The notes: generated by a model from the letters alone, not told the origin. DNA of 64,000 nucleotides from Lingula anatina (GCA_051362555.1 CM120645.1:23030934-23094933); one strand, 5' to 3'. Shown: positions 28,359 to 44,000, numbered from the stretch's first letter. Translations and numbers: made by a program.

Positions 28359-30377
28359 TGGAAGCTAAGGACCTATGAGCTTGGAATTCTGGGAATGCAT
28401 CATTGTTATACTCTTTTTGTAAGAGCAACTCATCTAGAAAACGTAATATATTTCCTAGGAGGAATTTACAGTAAAAAAAAAAAACTTGCTCCTGATGCCA
28501 TAATGAAACAACTGGCTCAATTTGTTAGTCACTCCAGTTGTGTAACAAAATGAATTATCACCATTTCATCATATCAAAGTATAAAAAGGGATATTTTGGT
28601 GCATGAGATGGATTGGACTATCTTGCAAACTCTGAACAAAGCTCCTATCTTGTATTGAAATGGTACTATATTGAGAAAGAAAAAAAGATATTTATAAATG
28701 TCATCAAAACTCATGAGATCACTGAATCTTTATTATCAATGTAAATCTGAAAAATAAAAATAAACATGATTACTATTTACTTAAGTATAGGTTAGGACCA
28801 AACAAAAGATCGGGAGTTCATTTTCTCTGAAAATTCTCCGTAATCATGTAATCTGATCTTCATGATATAACAGGACGACAGTAGGGCAGATCATGCATTC
28901 TCATTTTATTCAGCATAAAGGGGGTTGGGAGAGATTCATGTATTAAATTGGGATACAGACCTATGAAATAATGGGGGAATTCGGGGAGAGTAAGAAATAG
29001 AAATGGACAAAAAAACTGTTGATCTTGGGTGATATTTGGATAGCTTGATGGGAGAGGGATGTTAAGGTTCACCAATTTTTCCATTGGGGTCAAAGTTTGG
29101 GAGGCTTAACCAATGGAAAGTAAGCAGTCAGTGAGTGATGGTGTGCGTAAAGTACAGTATCACCCGATGTACAACTTTTCTTTGTTCTCTCACGAGGAAA
29201 ATAATTATTAGGATCTGACTTTTCACGACCAATTTTGACCATTGTATAAGGAATGTGAAAATGACACTCAAAAGACAGTGAGGAGAATGGTGATATTTTT
29301 GTATGATATTTGAAAGAAAAAAATTAATAATCTATTAATGTACAGGAACCTGATGGTATTTGATTAATGGGTATTAGTGCTGCCAGAGACTTGGTGGCAC
29401 TAGCAGGTTGGGAGCCTATAGTGCAAGGAGACATATATATATACTATCTATATATATATACGTATATACATGCAATCAATGTGACACCTTGTATAATGTG
29501 ATGCAGAGGTGCACCTTGTACCCAGGTATTGAATGGGTCACACATAGCTCTGTATATATGCTGTACTTGGCATAGGCTACCTCACATGATAAGATGCAAG
29601 AGCAACAGGAAGGTTATCATCAATGTAGGTCAGATCAATAATATGTGTAATGCCATACCTATCCAATAGTGTAGTTAAGGGGAGAGAATGCCATAGCAGT
29701 TAAAATACTATAGGTAGAATTAATGCCAATTATTATTGATTGTACAGATGGAGGACTATTGTGTAAATACAGCTGTAAGCATGCAGTGAAAATTGTCTAA
29801 AAACTGGAAACATGGTCATCTTTTTGATGAATTTTATTACTACAAATTATGCTGTATTCAGGATGAAGAAACTGACGTTAGGATTCTGAGACTTCTCTTT
29901 TACATGGGTGCATGTTAAAAATGAAGTAAAACCTACAGAAACTTGGTCATGATGGGGTAAAGGTAATTTTCTTTATACAAAAAAAAAAGCTTTGGTGCTT
30001 CTCGATATTTTACCAAACAAATCTTTTACATCATTCAGTTCTGACTCTTAAATTTGACGCAAACAACTTGCATTTTCTTACTGTCAAAGAATCTTGTACA
30101 AAGTGTGAAATGAATCGCATGCATGATTGTATGATTTCCTAAACTGATGTACCATGTGGAAAATAAAATGTTAAGATGAACCTGATGATTTGTTGTCCTA
30201 ACCCTCTCTGAAAACCTCGCCACCCTAACATGATAAAACTGATGATGCTGTATAACTTTTAAGCAAAAGTTTTTTGTCTTGATGTTGATTCGGTATGCCT
30301 AACCTAGCTGGTGGCACATATTCAGGAGGCGGTGATGCCTCTCCAATCCGCTAGTTTCACAAATTCTCGTTAACTAC

Positions 30378-30519
30378 GGGGCCGTAGCGATAGTCCGAAG
30401 GTTCAATGGTCCAAATGTTCACTATAGAACCTTGGGACCAATGAACCCTTGATTAAAAAATCGATGAAAATGTTACCACTTTTTGGACCAATGAACCTTC
30501 GGACTATCAAGACGCCCCC
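30378..30519. mobile_element. Small MITE / inverted repeat
   Basis: GATAGTCCGAAGGTTCAATGGTCCAAA near the left end pairs with TTTGGACCAATGAACCTTCGGACTATC near the right end. Confidence 0.6.
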
Positions 30520-31233
30520 TTAAGTACACCTTTACCTCATGGTGGTGTGAAGTGAATTTTTTTCTCGTTGTAATAGTAGTAGTGGTACTTACAGTAGAAG
30601 TATTGATGGGGGCTGTAAAAAAAATTAGCCCCTTTGTGTAACATTTCAAATGTAATGTAGACCAGGTATTTCTGACTGTCAGTTGAAGTTTTCAACGTAC
30701 TTCCTCTTTCAGTGATAACAAAGGGATCTTTTACGCAACACAGATAAGTGGGTTTACATTGTATATACATTGTAAGAGATGGATGATATCATCTTTAAAA
30801 TATGAAATTGGAAGCGAAGTAAAAATATTTGGTGAATTTCACGTGGGTAAACATGTACCTCATTTTCTGGCTAGTAGAACAATATTGTAAAAGAAGTCAC
30901 CAAAAAGGGTAAAATCACATTAAAAATTCAGTCCATTTCTTCCAGACCCCGGGATCCTGTTTACAAAAGATAAAGATAAATGTATAAATAAACAGAATTT
31001 GTTCATCCATAACAAAAAGAGCTGAAGAAAAGTGCAAATGTGGACCAAGCTCTTAAAACAAAAAATTAAGTATTAATTAGCCCAAACTGTATCTATTCTG
31101 CATATACAACGTTGAGTGCAAGCAATGAAGAGATCTAAATGAAAGTCACGTCTCCTTTCGTTTTCTCACATAAACCCGTCTTGTCTCGTGGCGCCATCTA
31201 GCGATACGGAAGAATAAAAATAAATGCTCCATC

Positions 31234-33279
31234 ATGTCGACGGAAATGCTACTCCTCTATGGACTTTTCTGTCTCATAGTGGCAATCCTGCTGACTGTGT
31301 TAGGATTCTTAGTTTATTCCGGACTGTTTGCAGACATAGTAGTTGGTGCAGGACCCCCTCCAGTCGGGAAGCTGTACGTGGCCTATAAATTTGGGAAAGG
31401 ATCGTACAAAGACGCAGGGTACCTGTTCACCGAAGCAGTCAGCATCGTAGCTGATCTGCGTTGTATAGGGGTTTATTATGACGACCCAGATGAGGTAAGC
31501 ACGGTTGAGTACGAACTTCAGCTGGTTTTGAACTCTTTGAAGGGGAAGGCAGGGAATTTAGAACTAACACTGTCACCTGTCTCCATATTCTGAAAGTGAA
31601 AATGACGGTGCATTATATTTTAATCGCGCGTACATGTACATAAAGATCTGCGGTTCCATTTTATTGTAGTATACATGCAAGTTCAGGCCCGTAGCATGTA
31701 ACATGTAGGGGAGTTACAATGTTACCGAAGTGTGCAATGTCACGAAATTAAATACATGAAACCAAATAAATTTGCGCTCAGAATCTACACCCAAATAAGT
31801 GGCAATTACAAACTTGATAAAATTCTGTTACAATAAAATCTTTCAACAACTGCCAGCTATACAGGTATATCAGACCTGTAGCCCAGGAAGGGGGGGGGGG
31901 GGGGAGGGTCCAATGAAATGACCTTCATACCAGGAAGAGTTGCACTTTGGGTGAATTTTGATCTACTGTATGTACACGTAGGTTCCATGGTAATAGGTCC
32001 ACATTTTCACCCCCCCCCCTTTTTATTTATTTATTTATTTATTTATTTATTCTTTTTGGAATTACTGGTCTGAGTTTACTATCATCTTTTCTTTATGTAA
32101 AATTGTGTACTTTTAAAACGTTCTTTATTACATATCTCAGGTAGGATTGGGAGAGCAGAGGTACGTGGTGGGCAGTATCCTGGCAGAAGGGGACAAGGAG
32201 CCAGATCCTGCACAGAAAGAAGAATATCAGAGACGTGGCTATAAGTTCCACACTTTCCCTGCTGTCACAAATGTGGTCAAGACAAAATTTCCTTATAATA
32301 CAGCCATATCTATACTTGTAGCTATAAAAAGGGTGTATCCCGTCTTGGGCCAGTATGTAAAGGTAACTAAAAGAGAGGTGCATTTACAATGTCTTCTGAT
32401 GGCTTAATTTAGTGTTATATTGTCTCAGAGTCAAAAGACTTGGGTAAAGTTTGTGAACCTATAAGGAGTTAATATAACCCAAATTGATTTATTCAAAACG
32501 CAAATCTTTTAATATAAGATCATTTTGACTCGAGTAATCTTGAAGTTGCACCTGCTTTTACTCAATCCATGTAGTGATCAAGAATATTTCAGTGAATAAA
32601 AACAAAATATGTTTAAGGCCTTTGGAGAATTAATAATATACAAAATGAAACCACTAGTTGGTGTTTATTTGATAATGAGGATATTTTAATTGCAGTCAAG
32701 TATAGCTTGGGGCATACAATACAGTGGCAGCCCCATATCCTGATATTATTTTTTAGATTAAAATTGTGATTTTTCCAGGAAAAAAGGCTGTGTGCCCATC
32801 CATTTGTGGAGATATATGACGGCTTCACTATTCACTTCATGGCCCCTCTTGCCAAACAGGATGAATTTTATGTCCCCGAGGCCCACGGCCACACCCATCA
32901 AGAGGGCCCTACCCATCTCAAAGACTCACCAAAACACAAGAAAACCGCCGACCAAAGAGAAGACGAAAGCCAGCCAGTTAAAGTGCGCAGAAGTAAGAGG
33001 AGTGGATCACCATCAAGATCACTTGATAAAACTCCAGAGCTGTCCACCAATGAGGAAGATTCAGGGATCACTTCGGCCAACATCAGCGGCACCAGCGCAG
33101 GTGGAGATTCCGCGGAGGCCGAGCAGAGCTGTAACCTCGACTCCACCGAGGGAACGAGTTTTGTCTCAGATGTCACGACATGTACGGAGGACGATTCTGT
33201 TGTGTCGGGAACAGTGACTGGGGACTCCTCGGCCGAGAGCACGTCTTCATTTGAAGAAGTCAGCAAAGATGATATTTAA
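31234..33279 (+). CDS. TEX264: Testis-expressed protein 264 homolog (ER-phagy receptor), 3 exons, ~327 aa
   Basis: Exons 31234-31494, 32141-32362, 32779-33279 (984 nt). N-terminal TM helix, YSGLF, GyrI-like domain (VAYKF..G.Y...G.LFTE, GVYYDDP, FPY...ISI.VAIKRVYP, CAHPFVEIY, PLAKQDEFYVPE), and a C-terminal LIR SSFEEV. Confidence 0.93.
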
Positions 33280-33534
33280 ATTTAAAATGGCTGGTGGTTA
33301 CAATGTTAAGTTAACTGGTCATAATATTTATGTTATATAAATATGTGTATGTACTTGTGTGGGTGTCTGGTTAAAACAGTGAAATATTAATGCCGTATTC
33401 TGGTGTACATGTGTTATGTTTTGTGTAGCTTTATCCTAGATTGTGTTGTAGTCATGAAAACAGGAATTATAAAAGAGGTCACTCTTAAATTGTCATAATT
33501 TGAACCAAGTGTGTGTAAACTCCATACCAACATA

Positions 33535-33662
33535 TCCTCTACCAGGGCCACAGATTGATTTTTCACAAGGTATTCACAGATATGTCTCCAGCTAATTCAT
33601 GGCACATATCTCCACTGTGAGTTGAAGAAACGTGCACATTATTAATCTGTGGCCCTGGTAGA
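33535..33662. mobile_element. MITE (CTCTACCAGGGCC family) in the TEX264 3' region
   Basis: TIR CTACCAGGGCCACAGATT / AATCTGTGGCCCTGGTAG. A second copy lies at 55092-55217. Confidence 0.7.
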
Positions 33663-35784
33663 CATTACCAATAAGTTGCCAGGGAAGATCTGATCATCAG
33701 GTGGAATTACAAGGTATATTATACCTGAGAAAACCAACCTTAAACCTTAAACTTGGACTGCTAAGTTATTGTCACAGTACTTAATTGCTTAATCAGTGAT
33801 TTAGTAGTTAGAGGCAGATTGAAGTTGCTTTGTTTTTGATTTGAGGGTGGGGTTACTTAATCCTAAAAATCAGGTTATCAAGACTACATACTACTTAGAT
33901 TTGGTTTAAACAAGCTAAGATCTGCTATTTGACAGCTACTTACTAGTTAGAAAGTCGGCTATCTGTATTCATGTGATCAGGGGTTTCCCCAGCATTTTAA
34001 GTACAGGGAGTCCAAAATGTGAATCTGTAATTTGGTCATTGAATTTCTGGTCCAACCCAAGCTGAAGCAGGCCCAATCAACAAACCCCAAAAATTTCCTA
34101 AACTGTCCAGTTGTCCTTGAAAGTATAGGTCATCTTTTGAGGCCAGTGGTCATCCAAATGACGACTGGACAGTGCTCTGGGGAAATCCTTGCCTGTGGTA
34201 TAAGTTTATTCTCAGGTGAGGCAGACTGTCTCCTCAGCCTGCTGACATTGCCCTGTAAAACAGTTCGATAACTACTGCTGCATTCCTTTCATTTATTTAA
34301 CATGTCACTGTTTAACATGTCAGCATTGATATCTTGTGTATGAACTAAAATCGAATGAATTTACATTTAAAATGTTACAGGACCTTAATTGTCTTTTTTT
34401 TTCTCATCATGACAGTGATTGTTCTAGTGGGTGCTACTGAAAAGGTTCACAATAAATGTTATATCAGTGTGGAGCATTCTGTTTTTTGTTTTTTGTTTTT
34501 TTTTTCTTTTGAAACATTTTATGGCGGCATCTACGTCCGTTTGCTTCAGGCCATACACAATGAGTTTGCATGTCGTAAAGAAGAGGTTATGATTAACGGC
34601 CTATTAAGTGTCTGGGCAGTTTAATATCATTTATATAATTTCAAACATACGGAAAAAATGTCTAGACAACTTTTGCCCTCACAGAAGTCGCTATGAACTA
34701 TAATGTAAAAAAAGAAAAAGAAATTAAAATGAAGCAATTCTTATTTCGTTGTTCTCGACAGTCTATTTTAGGAGATGTTTAATTAAAAGTAGCTAGCAAA
34801 AATATTCATATCTCAAAAGTGATGTTCATTTCTTGGTTAATGCATGAAATTCTATCCCTGTCTAACTTTCGGGGTAAAAACTCTACGCATTCAACGTAAT
34901 CTATTGTTACACTTTCAAGTCCATTGCTTTCACTGAGGGTAATTTTATTATGAAAACAATAAGCTAAACCATGGATCAACGCAAGTAAGACAACGTAATG
35001 TCAGAAGACCCGAGATTCTGGTGTTGTAAGAAATTGCTTAAGCCGCTGTCAGTTCTAAGCGACATTTGCGACTGCAATTTTTCTTAATTTTTAACTTTAA
35101 AAAGTACCTGTAACAATAATAATCCTATTAGTAATTATCGTAGTTTATAAAAAGCATGCCTTATCTAGAACAGTGTTTTTTATACACGGTATTAAATTGC
35201 AAACACTGCTTAGCATCGCAAATGCCAGACAAATATTTCCTCATTGCACTTTACCTGTCTGTCTGGTCTTCTATCTACACAGGTTGCGTACTTTTAAAAT
35301 CAGCTCCTAGCAACAATGTCGTTACAATGACTCGTCACAGTCGCCTTACTGTTACGTTGCCTAACACCGATTGCAAAGTAAGATTTGGGTTGTGACGTGA
35401 TGGTTTCGCTGATCTGTCACAATATCAGTCCGGTTACGTCATAATAGTTGTTACTTTAGTCATGCATAACGTCATGCGTTGTGAAAATCACGTAATTGTG
35501 ACATCATAGAATGTTTCGTTGCTACAGAGACTACAGCATTGCTTTCGGGTATACACTAATTTTTCTTGGCTCTTTTACTAGAAAAGTTGAGCGGAGAACT
35601 GTAATGTGTAACAGAAAACTGGAAAATAAAACAATTTTTTTAAAACAAATCGTGATGGACTATGGTGGAAATAGATAATGGATAAAAGGTTAGTGAATTA
35701 AGATCTGTTTTAGGTGTTTCAGTTTATGAGGTAGGAGAATAGAAATGGTACCGGTCGTGGGGGCGACCAGGACACACACGTAAA

Positions 35785-36025
35785 GCCTAGGTCCCAACCG
35801 AACGTACAGGCTACTACGTGTGGTCTACGGCCAAAAAAATTGGGAAAACGTGGGAGTTCGTGCGTGAGGAGCACGTCCATCGTGCGACTTTTGGGAGGAC
35901 GGACGCAAACAGCACGTAGAATCTTTTCGACATAATCAACAGCCGCTACGTGCGATCTAGCTACGTCCTAGCCGGACGCAAGGAATCTAAAAAACGTGCG
36001 TCCAAAACGTAGTTGGGACCTAGGC
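35785..36025. mobile_element. MITE, PIF/Harbinger-like
   Basis: Perfect inverted ends TAAAGCCTAGGTCCCAAC / GTTGGGACCTAGGCTTTA with a CpG-rich interior. Confidence 0.7.
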
Positions 36026-38088
36026 TTTAGAGACATCTAGGAGTGTAACACTCACTGCTCACTGCTTGGTACACTTGGTGCGTTTCATCATTGTGTTTGG
36101 TCTTTGTCACAACTACTACATCCTTAAACTGGTGGACCTGATTGACATAGAATTGTTTTTATTGACAAAACCCTCATTATAACCATTTTTAATTCATTCA
36201 AAACGTATAACGCGCCTCTTAATAATTATTTAAATTAAGTTCGATCCTTCTTTCTTTTACATATTAGGCAGTTTAGATGTTTCAAACATGGAACATAAAA
36301 TCCAGAGCTAACCGAACTAATTTTAATTTTTGACACACACACAAAAAAAAATAGATTTCAGAAAAAAAGAACCTCAAAGAGATAGTATGGGGATTGTTAT
36401 ATTGAACGTAGTCTTGCTTTGTATTTATAAATAACCTGCATTTATCTCCAAAGACACGATGTATATTTTTGAAGTAAAATAATCATTACATGTACTTTTG
36501 CTAAAGAAATACATTTCAACTTCGAGAAGGAATTTGAAGTGTGCATGTCAAGCGTGGAAAATATATTATGATGTGGTTTTTAAAAGTATAACTACATGAT
36601 ATTTGTAAGATTGAAACCCAACAGTTTGGTGGTCTGTAGAAGTACAAAAAGTGTTGAGGACGCCACAAACTCCTTTAATTGTATCATCTCCCCCCCCCCC
36701 TCCCTATTTACAAGCTAGCTTACCTGCATGACTCTTGTTAAATGATTATAACAACTACCGAATTTAAATGGCGCACTCAACCAAGAAAACTGTCGCTTTC
36801 ACGATAATATTCAAACAGTGCGAAAATTCCGTATCAGTAGCACCCGGTCATTCACGTTCATATATGAATACCTTATTTCCGTGTAATAGCATTATACAAC
36901 ATTTAAAACGTCTTAATTTATGGGTATGCTGAATTCTATTAGTCATACCTTTATATTAGGCATAGAAATTATTGTATATTATCATAAGAATATGTTATTT
37001 AACTGCCGTGGCAGCGGTATGTGACGGTCGTGACTGTTATATCATAGTTTGATATACAAATATCGTCTTAAATATGAGGATGCCTCCAACTAGTAAAATC
37101 ACTTAACCCGGAACTTTCTATTTAATCCACTAATTTATGAATAATGCTCAATTAATAACGCATTATTTGAGAATTTATTAAAGAAAATTAGATCGAATTA
37201 AATATAAATACATATTTGCATGGGTTTTTCTGTATTTCACATTTAAATGACTTTAATATTAGGTACGTTATGTGTAGTAGCGTCAAGTACATTAAGTACA
37301 GAAAATGCGCATTTAAAGTAAATGACATTTTTTTATTACACGAAGGAAATATCTTTTTAATATATATATATCGTCGGTATCAAAAGAGTACACTGAGATA
37401 GTGACTATTTTTTCACTTATACACAAAAACATATTTTCGATACATCGGCGGTAATAAAAAAAGTGCACCGTGCGTGTAAATAACTGTATAAAGAAACAAT
37501 CTAAGATTAATGTGGTTTAAGAAAATGATAATGATTATGAGAAGATAAAAAGCGCGCAAAAACACCAATATTTAGCAAAAATTAAATGCAAATATTATCT
37601 ACACTCAGCTTGTTGATGTTTATGTAATCAGGAGATAGTCACCAGTGATAAGTTTAATTACAATCAGACTTGCTGATTTGACTCGCGATATCGCGACAGG
37701 TCCCTTCTTCTCGTTCCCCCTCTATGCACCCATCTCACACTAGTGTCACACGATATGTTAATGGCGTTCTTCTTGGCCTACTTGGCTAGAATATTAACCC
37801 GTTCCGTGTGGGTTAACTTATGCTAATGTCTTTTTATCTCATGCGTAGATCGAGTCGACGTCTCGCCTCAGTCAGTGGCATATGAGACGAACCTCTCTCT
37901 TGACACAGGCGCGTTTATGGAACAAAATGGCGACTTGAAAGAATAAGCACAGCGTATGTTTTTCATCTCCAGAAGGAGAAAAGAGGAAAAGGAGACGAGG
38001 TGTGTTTTTTGCCAAAATCAAGGAGAGTTTATAGTGTATTTAATATACTGAACAAAACATATCCTTGAAGGAAACATGACTTGAAAAC

Positions 38089-41000
38089 ATGAGGACGTAT
38101 TACCATATCCAAACCGCGGTGGTTTTTCTGTGGATCCTTTACAAAGAAAGTTCAGGTAAGTTCATATCAGGCGAGTTATGCCTTAATTTTCCTGGTTGAA
38201 GCTGTCGTGAACTCCCAGAACTAAGCGAATTAGACTACCGTTATCTGGCTATTATAAAAATAGCATAAATCATAAACAAGTAACGACCTGTATTGACTAT
38301 ACGTATATTGCTTCGTCTAAAATAAAAATGAAAAACAATGATAATGGTAATAATGAATAAAATAGAATAAGAAAAAACACCACTATCAAAATTTATTTTA
38401 AGCTGCTACCGTTTCAAATATCCTCTGTGAAGAAAAGGTTTATCTTTACATGAAAGACCACTCTATTTTTCAAGAATTTCATATAAATAACAAATAAAAA
38501 ATAGTGCACAGTAATTCATATGTAAAAAACTTCTTTGTCTCATTGCCTTGATGTAAATAAATTAAAATAAACTGTTTTTATTAAAAATTATCCGTATAAA
38601 GTTAAACTCCAAGACAACTACATGTCTGCCAAATGTGATTTCTAAGCTCTTTTTAATTATAAGACCACCACTCCACTTCTTTGCAGAGTCACGACACCTC
38701 TCTAGGTGTGTCGTTACCATCTTGTCAGGTACCATAACTTATATTAGGCGACTCTACCCCCTCACCCCAACTCCAATAAAACGAAACACCGGTGAAATCA
38801 GAGCTTTATTACTCTGAAAGCAACCAATTTATATAAATTCATTTTCTTAACGATGCAGCCATTTTGAATTTTAATTTTGTCCTCAAAACAAATCAAGTGA
38901 CATGTATGATGTAAATAATTTGTAGGCCTATTCCTTCTAGTTTACATTTATAAAAGATAATCAGCATTACAGCTATTTTCACAACTGCACACACAAAGAC
39001 AAATATCAAACGACAAAACTTCTTATAATGATTATAATGTGTTATTTTTTTCACTGTGGTCAGTTTTTTATGAGTGAAGTATTTTGATTTTGCTCTCTCT
39101 ATGGACATCTCTCATATCATGATGAATATGATCTCTTGCATTCTCGTGCAAGATGAGACATACTTTCTCTCTGGACATAGCTCTATATAACTATGATATT
39201 GCCAAATTTATACAGTTTTCCAAGTGTTTGTGGTGACAATAAATATATATTTTGTCATGAGAGCAAGTGTACATATACACATGTATGTCTGTTTGTATGA
39301 AATCGGCTCTTGTTTGTATGCTGCCGTGTATATAAGAATGCTGCGAATCATTCTCCGAGCTGAATGCTTTTTAAGAATTGCAGTTAAATATTTACGGGAT
39401 ACATGTTTTGCAAAAGTACATAACATTTTTTTTTTTTTTGGACATCTGTTGCACCCACAATAGATCTTTGCTAAGTTATCTCATCCATTTATTACTACAG
39501 TTTATTATCCTGAATACATTCTCATTTTTTTTCTATACCAGTCTTTGACTTAGAACTAACAAATAGCAGTGAAATTTAATTGTCCATTTTCCTTATCACG
39601 AGTATATCCCCTTTCTTGCACTGATGGAAATTAATCATTGCATTATAATAACTGCTCCGAGATTTTTTACTTTAGAATTCGCCTGTCATGGTTAAAAATT
39701 GCAGCTCGCACTTTAGGGCGCATGCGCAATGCACCCTATTTAAATGCATGCTCACGAAACCATATCTTCATGTATGTTTTATTTACGCCACGAAAAGCGC
39801 ATCACTGGTCAACTGTGTTTATCTCTTCAATGTCCACCATCACGGGGCGAATCCCATTTCAATAAAAGGCTTGTTTAATCTAACAAGAGTAATTTCAATC
39901 CCCCAATCAAATACATGGTCGAATGCGTTATTGTTAAGGCAGTTTTACTTGGACCGAAATACTCACATTATCCTATATTAAAACCCTAGATGGAATCTTG
40001 TCTAAACGCATTATTCTGTGGTGTAATTATGATAGGAATATTACACCTTTACAAGAGATATGACACTGGCAATTATGATAATATTATTATTTAGAGCGTA
40101 GGCTGCTCAATGAAAATTTGGCCTTCACATTGTGACTTAACGACAAAAATCAACCAGCCTTTTATATGCTTTCGTAAATTTCTTTTGTAAGAGGTGATGT
40201 AAGTGTCCCCGACTTTAACGTACGAAATGGAAGTTTGGTTAAGTTGTTCTTATAATTTGCTACAGAATTTTTCACTACTGAAAAATATTTAATTTCCTTT
40301 TTCACGTGCCTATATTTTCTCTGTGCTTGTTTTGGAGAGGGAGAGAAGGAGGGTTTTAGACAAGAAAAAGGGAAAAAGGCGCGGCAAACTCAGGCATGTC
40401 ATGTTCGTTTCATCAAAGGAAATGATCGTGCCAGTACGTGGTGATCTATATGGTGTATTAGCCAAGCTGCAAATCATGTTGTTGTTGTTGTATATTCTCA
40501 CATGTCCAAGCACATATCTGTTTGTTTTGATTGTTTTCTATCGTGACCGGACACAATTTCGGCCATTTAAGACATGCATACGACCTTGGGTGTGACCACA
40601 ACACATCCCTTTATATAGAGCCTCGTGACACGACGGACTCGAATTAAACCCGCCATCGAGTGCAGTATTGTGAAATAAAGTAGAATTTAGAAGCACAATG
40701 AAAAAGGAGCTGTCACAACAAAAGACAAACAAACGATCGGTTCGGCCAATTGCGTGTTCTTTTGGGTGGCAGAAACGGTCGGTATTTGAGCACATTAAGG
40801 TAGCCAAATATAGGCATTCAGTTATAGAGAAATGAAATTTATAATATTTTGAAAGTTGCGTGAAAACGTGCAATGTCAAACCCAGCTAATACATATGTGG
40901 GGGTTTCCTCTTAAAAAATGGAACCATGGATAATTTATATTAACCCGAATGTGACAAAAATGCATCATTAAGGCCTACAGAGTACTTTGTTGTTATCGCG

Positions 41001-44000
41001 GTCGCATGAAGTGCAGCCATTATGGGAATAAGACGGTATAATGAGTTAGACTGGAATTTGGCTGATATTGCAATAACTGTTTATGAAATATATATCGGTT
41101 CATTATATAAAGATATATATTTTTTCATAAACAAACTGGCAACAACATTACCAACTAGAGAAATGCGACTTATTAATCTGTTCATTTTTTTTCCACACCT
41201 GTAGAAAAGGGGGGTCGAAAGAAACACCTTTATGGTCGGTAAAAGGCTAATTCTGAATCAAAAATTTTCCCTCGTTCTGAGAACACAGGCACGAGCATGA
41301 GTAGTCAAAAGGTTCACGTTTTCAAAAGAAGAAAAAAACTAGAAACTGCTGACTACAGGCCTGTAGTTATTTATTATATCTTTATTACGTCAGATATTTG
41401 CGATACCATACTGTTTTCAAATTTTTTTGTTGAGCTGTTGACTGTTATGATAAATGCATGTCTGCGCAGCACGCAAAAACATTCCTGGCTCCATATATGG
41501 AAACGAGGTCTAGCAGGGCTTGAAAACCGCGCATGGCAGCTGTGACATTTGTTGTCATGGTGCATTAGTGGATATGCCAAGGATGCAAATATAAACTAGC
41601 ATTCTTGTAACTATTTTGTATTCAGATGTATATCATTTGTGCTTTATGTCTGAATATTCATGTCTGAAATGTTTCAAGGCCAAGTGTAAACTTTGATTTA
41701 AACTTGCTGTTTGTACCAACAGACGTTTCTAAGTTGCATCTGAGGAAATAATCCGGAATAAATAAAAACGAACTATAGGAAAGCGGATAAAACCGCGAAA
41801 ATACAAAACAACCCAACTACTCTTTTGTTGTAAACTTATTCTGCTATCATTCTCCATCACACTCCATATTTGAGTTATATATTTATTCATTTTTCACTTT
41901 GGTTTTTCTTGCAGGTCAAGGCAGCGCCAATAAAACGAAGGTCAACTGTGGCCCGGGAGACTATATCAATCGAGATGCAAACGCGTGTAGACCATGCGGC
42001 ATCGCCACATTTAATCCGTTCCCAAACGCAGAGGTGTGTTTTCCCTGTCCAGAGGGGCAGACGACAGAAGTCATTGGCGCCAAATATCATGGGGATTGTA
42101 TAGGTAACTCATTGGTTCTAAACTTATAAAAACAGAGAGTGAGAGATTTTTTAAGCAAATGTTTGCAGACCTACACGGGCAAAATGATCAAAATATAATC
42201 GATCATAAAGATACATGTATTAAAGTGGGGTTCCCCCGGCCAGTCCTGTTTTTCCCGTCAATAATATACATAAATGATATATATAACTTATAATAAGCAC
42301 TCCGCCAAGGCAACTCAACTCTCATTATTACCAATTCCAATGGGCCATCACTAAAATCTAATTGATTCTAAGGTAGGCCTACAGTACATGTAGCCCATAT
42401 CTGTCTAAGCCTGAATACGTTATCAAAATCCGTTCATAACTTTTTGAGTTAAACTTAACTAAAAACCAACAAAGAGAAATGGAGGTAATGGAGACTAGCA
42501 CGATAGAGGAGAAGAAGCCTTGTAAAGCACTGATGTGTATTAAAAGCATCCTGACGCCGAAGTGGGTTGGACTTGGCATGACCCTCGTGGTTCTTTCATA
42601 AAGTGGCGGTCATTGTTCACGCCTAATGTGTAACAGAATCGAACAAGAGCTGCCAGTCCAAAAAAAGTACCGAGTACTTAGAGAGTTCAGTGTCCTCTCT
42701 ATTACAGAGCATAATTATAGATGTTAAATTGAAAGTAAAGTCTCCCCGTCAATTTACCCATGATGTGAAAATGGTTGGTGGTGACGCAACCATGGAAACG
42801 GGTCAAAATCCAAGATGGCCTCCGTGGCTTTCGTATAACCAGGCACCAGAGTTTGTGGTTGTTCTCATGACCAATTTTCCAAACTTAAAGACATAAAAGT
42901 GGTGGGCAAATGTAAAAACAATGATGAAAATTATTGACTTGTTTTGTTAAATGCAAATTGTGCTTTGTACTGTTTCAGAGACCACCGCACAAAGTTCGCA
43001 TAAATGATGATGGGACCAATTAATTTCATTGCCAAGAAAACATTGAAATCTATTAACCATTTGCACGGTATAAACAACAAAGAAATAGGTTTCAATGTGG
43101 ATGTAACATTTTAGAAACTTGATTCAAATCCTCAAAGAGGATCGAGTAAGATAACTTAAGATACTACATCATTTATGGTGGCCATATGTAGTTATGCATG
43201 TATGATATAAGTATTGAACTTACTGTCCTTGCAAATGAGTACTAAATTGGTTCACTGTGCATGAAACCATGTTATAAGTTTATCTATTTATTTATGCATT
43301 TATTTTTTTGGGGGGAGGCGCTCCCGTTGTCGTTTATTTCAATCAGTTTACACTTAATTACGGGAGGGGTAACGGAGCAATATGAATGTTGTTAGATCAT
43401 TCCGGTGATGGGATAGCAACAGGCCTCCTTTATTCCCAATCACAGGATCTACGGCTAGCCCCACTGAATGCCCTATTACTCGTGAACTAGGTACCTTGCC
43501 CTTGACTAAGGGTTAAGTTAAAGCAGTTGGGCGGAATGGCAAGTAATTTAGCTAATGGGAGATTTGGGGTGTGCAGGATTGCTGACTGGCGTGTAGGAAA
43601 CCATCGCTGATGTAGTAAAACAGATACAACCCCAAACCATATTTAATAAAGTCAGTTACTCGGCCCCAGTGGAACCTGGGGGATTGAGACATATAACTTT
43701 TTTCACATCGACCCCGACCCCGTACATTATGAAATCTGACTTGCCATCTTCTTGGCATGGCTGACTGGCGAAATTGCTAAGGTGACTTAACTTTTGCTGA
43801 AACTTTGAGCAAAATGAACTCGCTGCGCGTGCTGTTAAAGCATTAATTTATATTTTAATACCGGTTTTACGCAAAGAAACTGGTTCAATCCGGGCTGCCG
43901 TGTTACACCAATAAAAAACCTATAAATGATCTCTAACAGACAGCATCTATATGATAGCATTTCAGTCTTGTATTGTTTTCTATCACAGGGTTGGCTCCAT

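Noticed and set aside
41626-41690. Possible first coding exon of the membrane receptor (CAG|ATGTATATC...)
   Set aside because: The frame closes after 13 codons and there is no good donor. The exon at 38089-38155 supplies a signal peptide in the correct phase.
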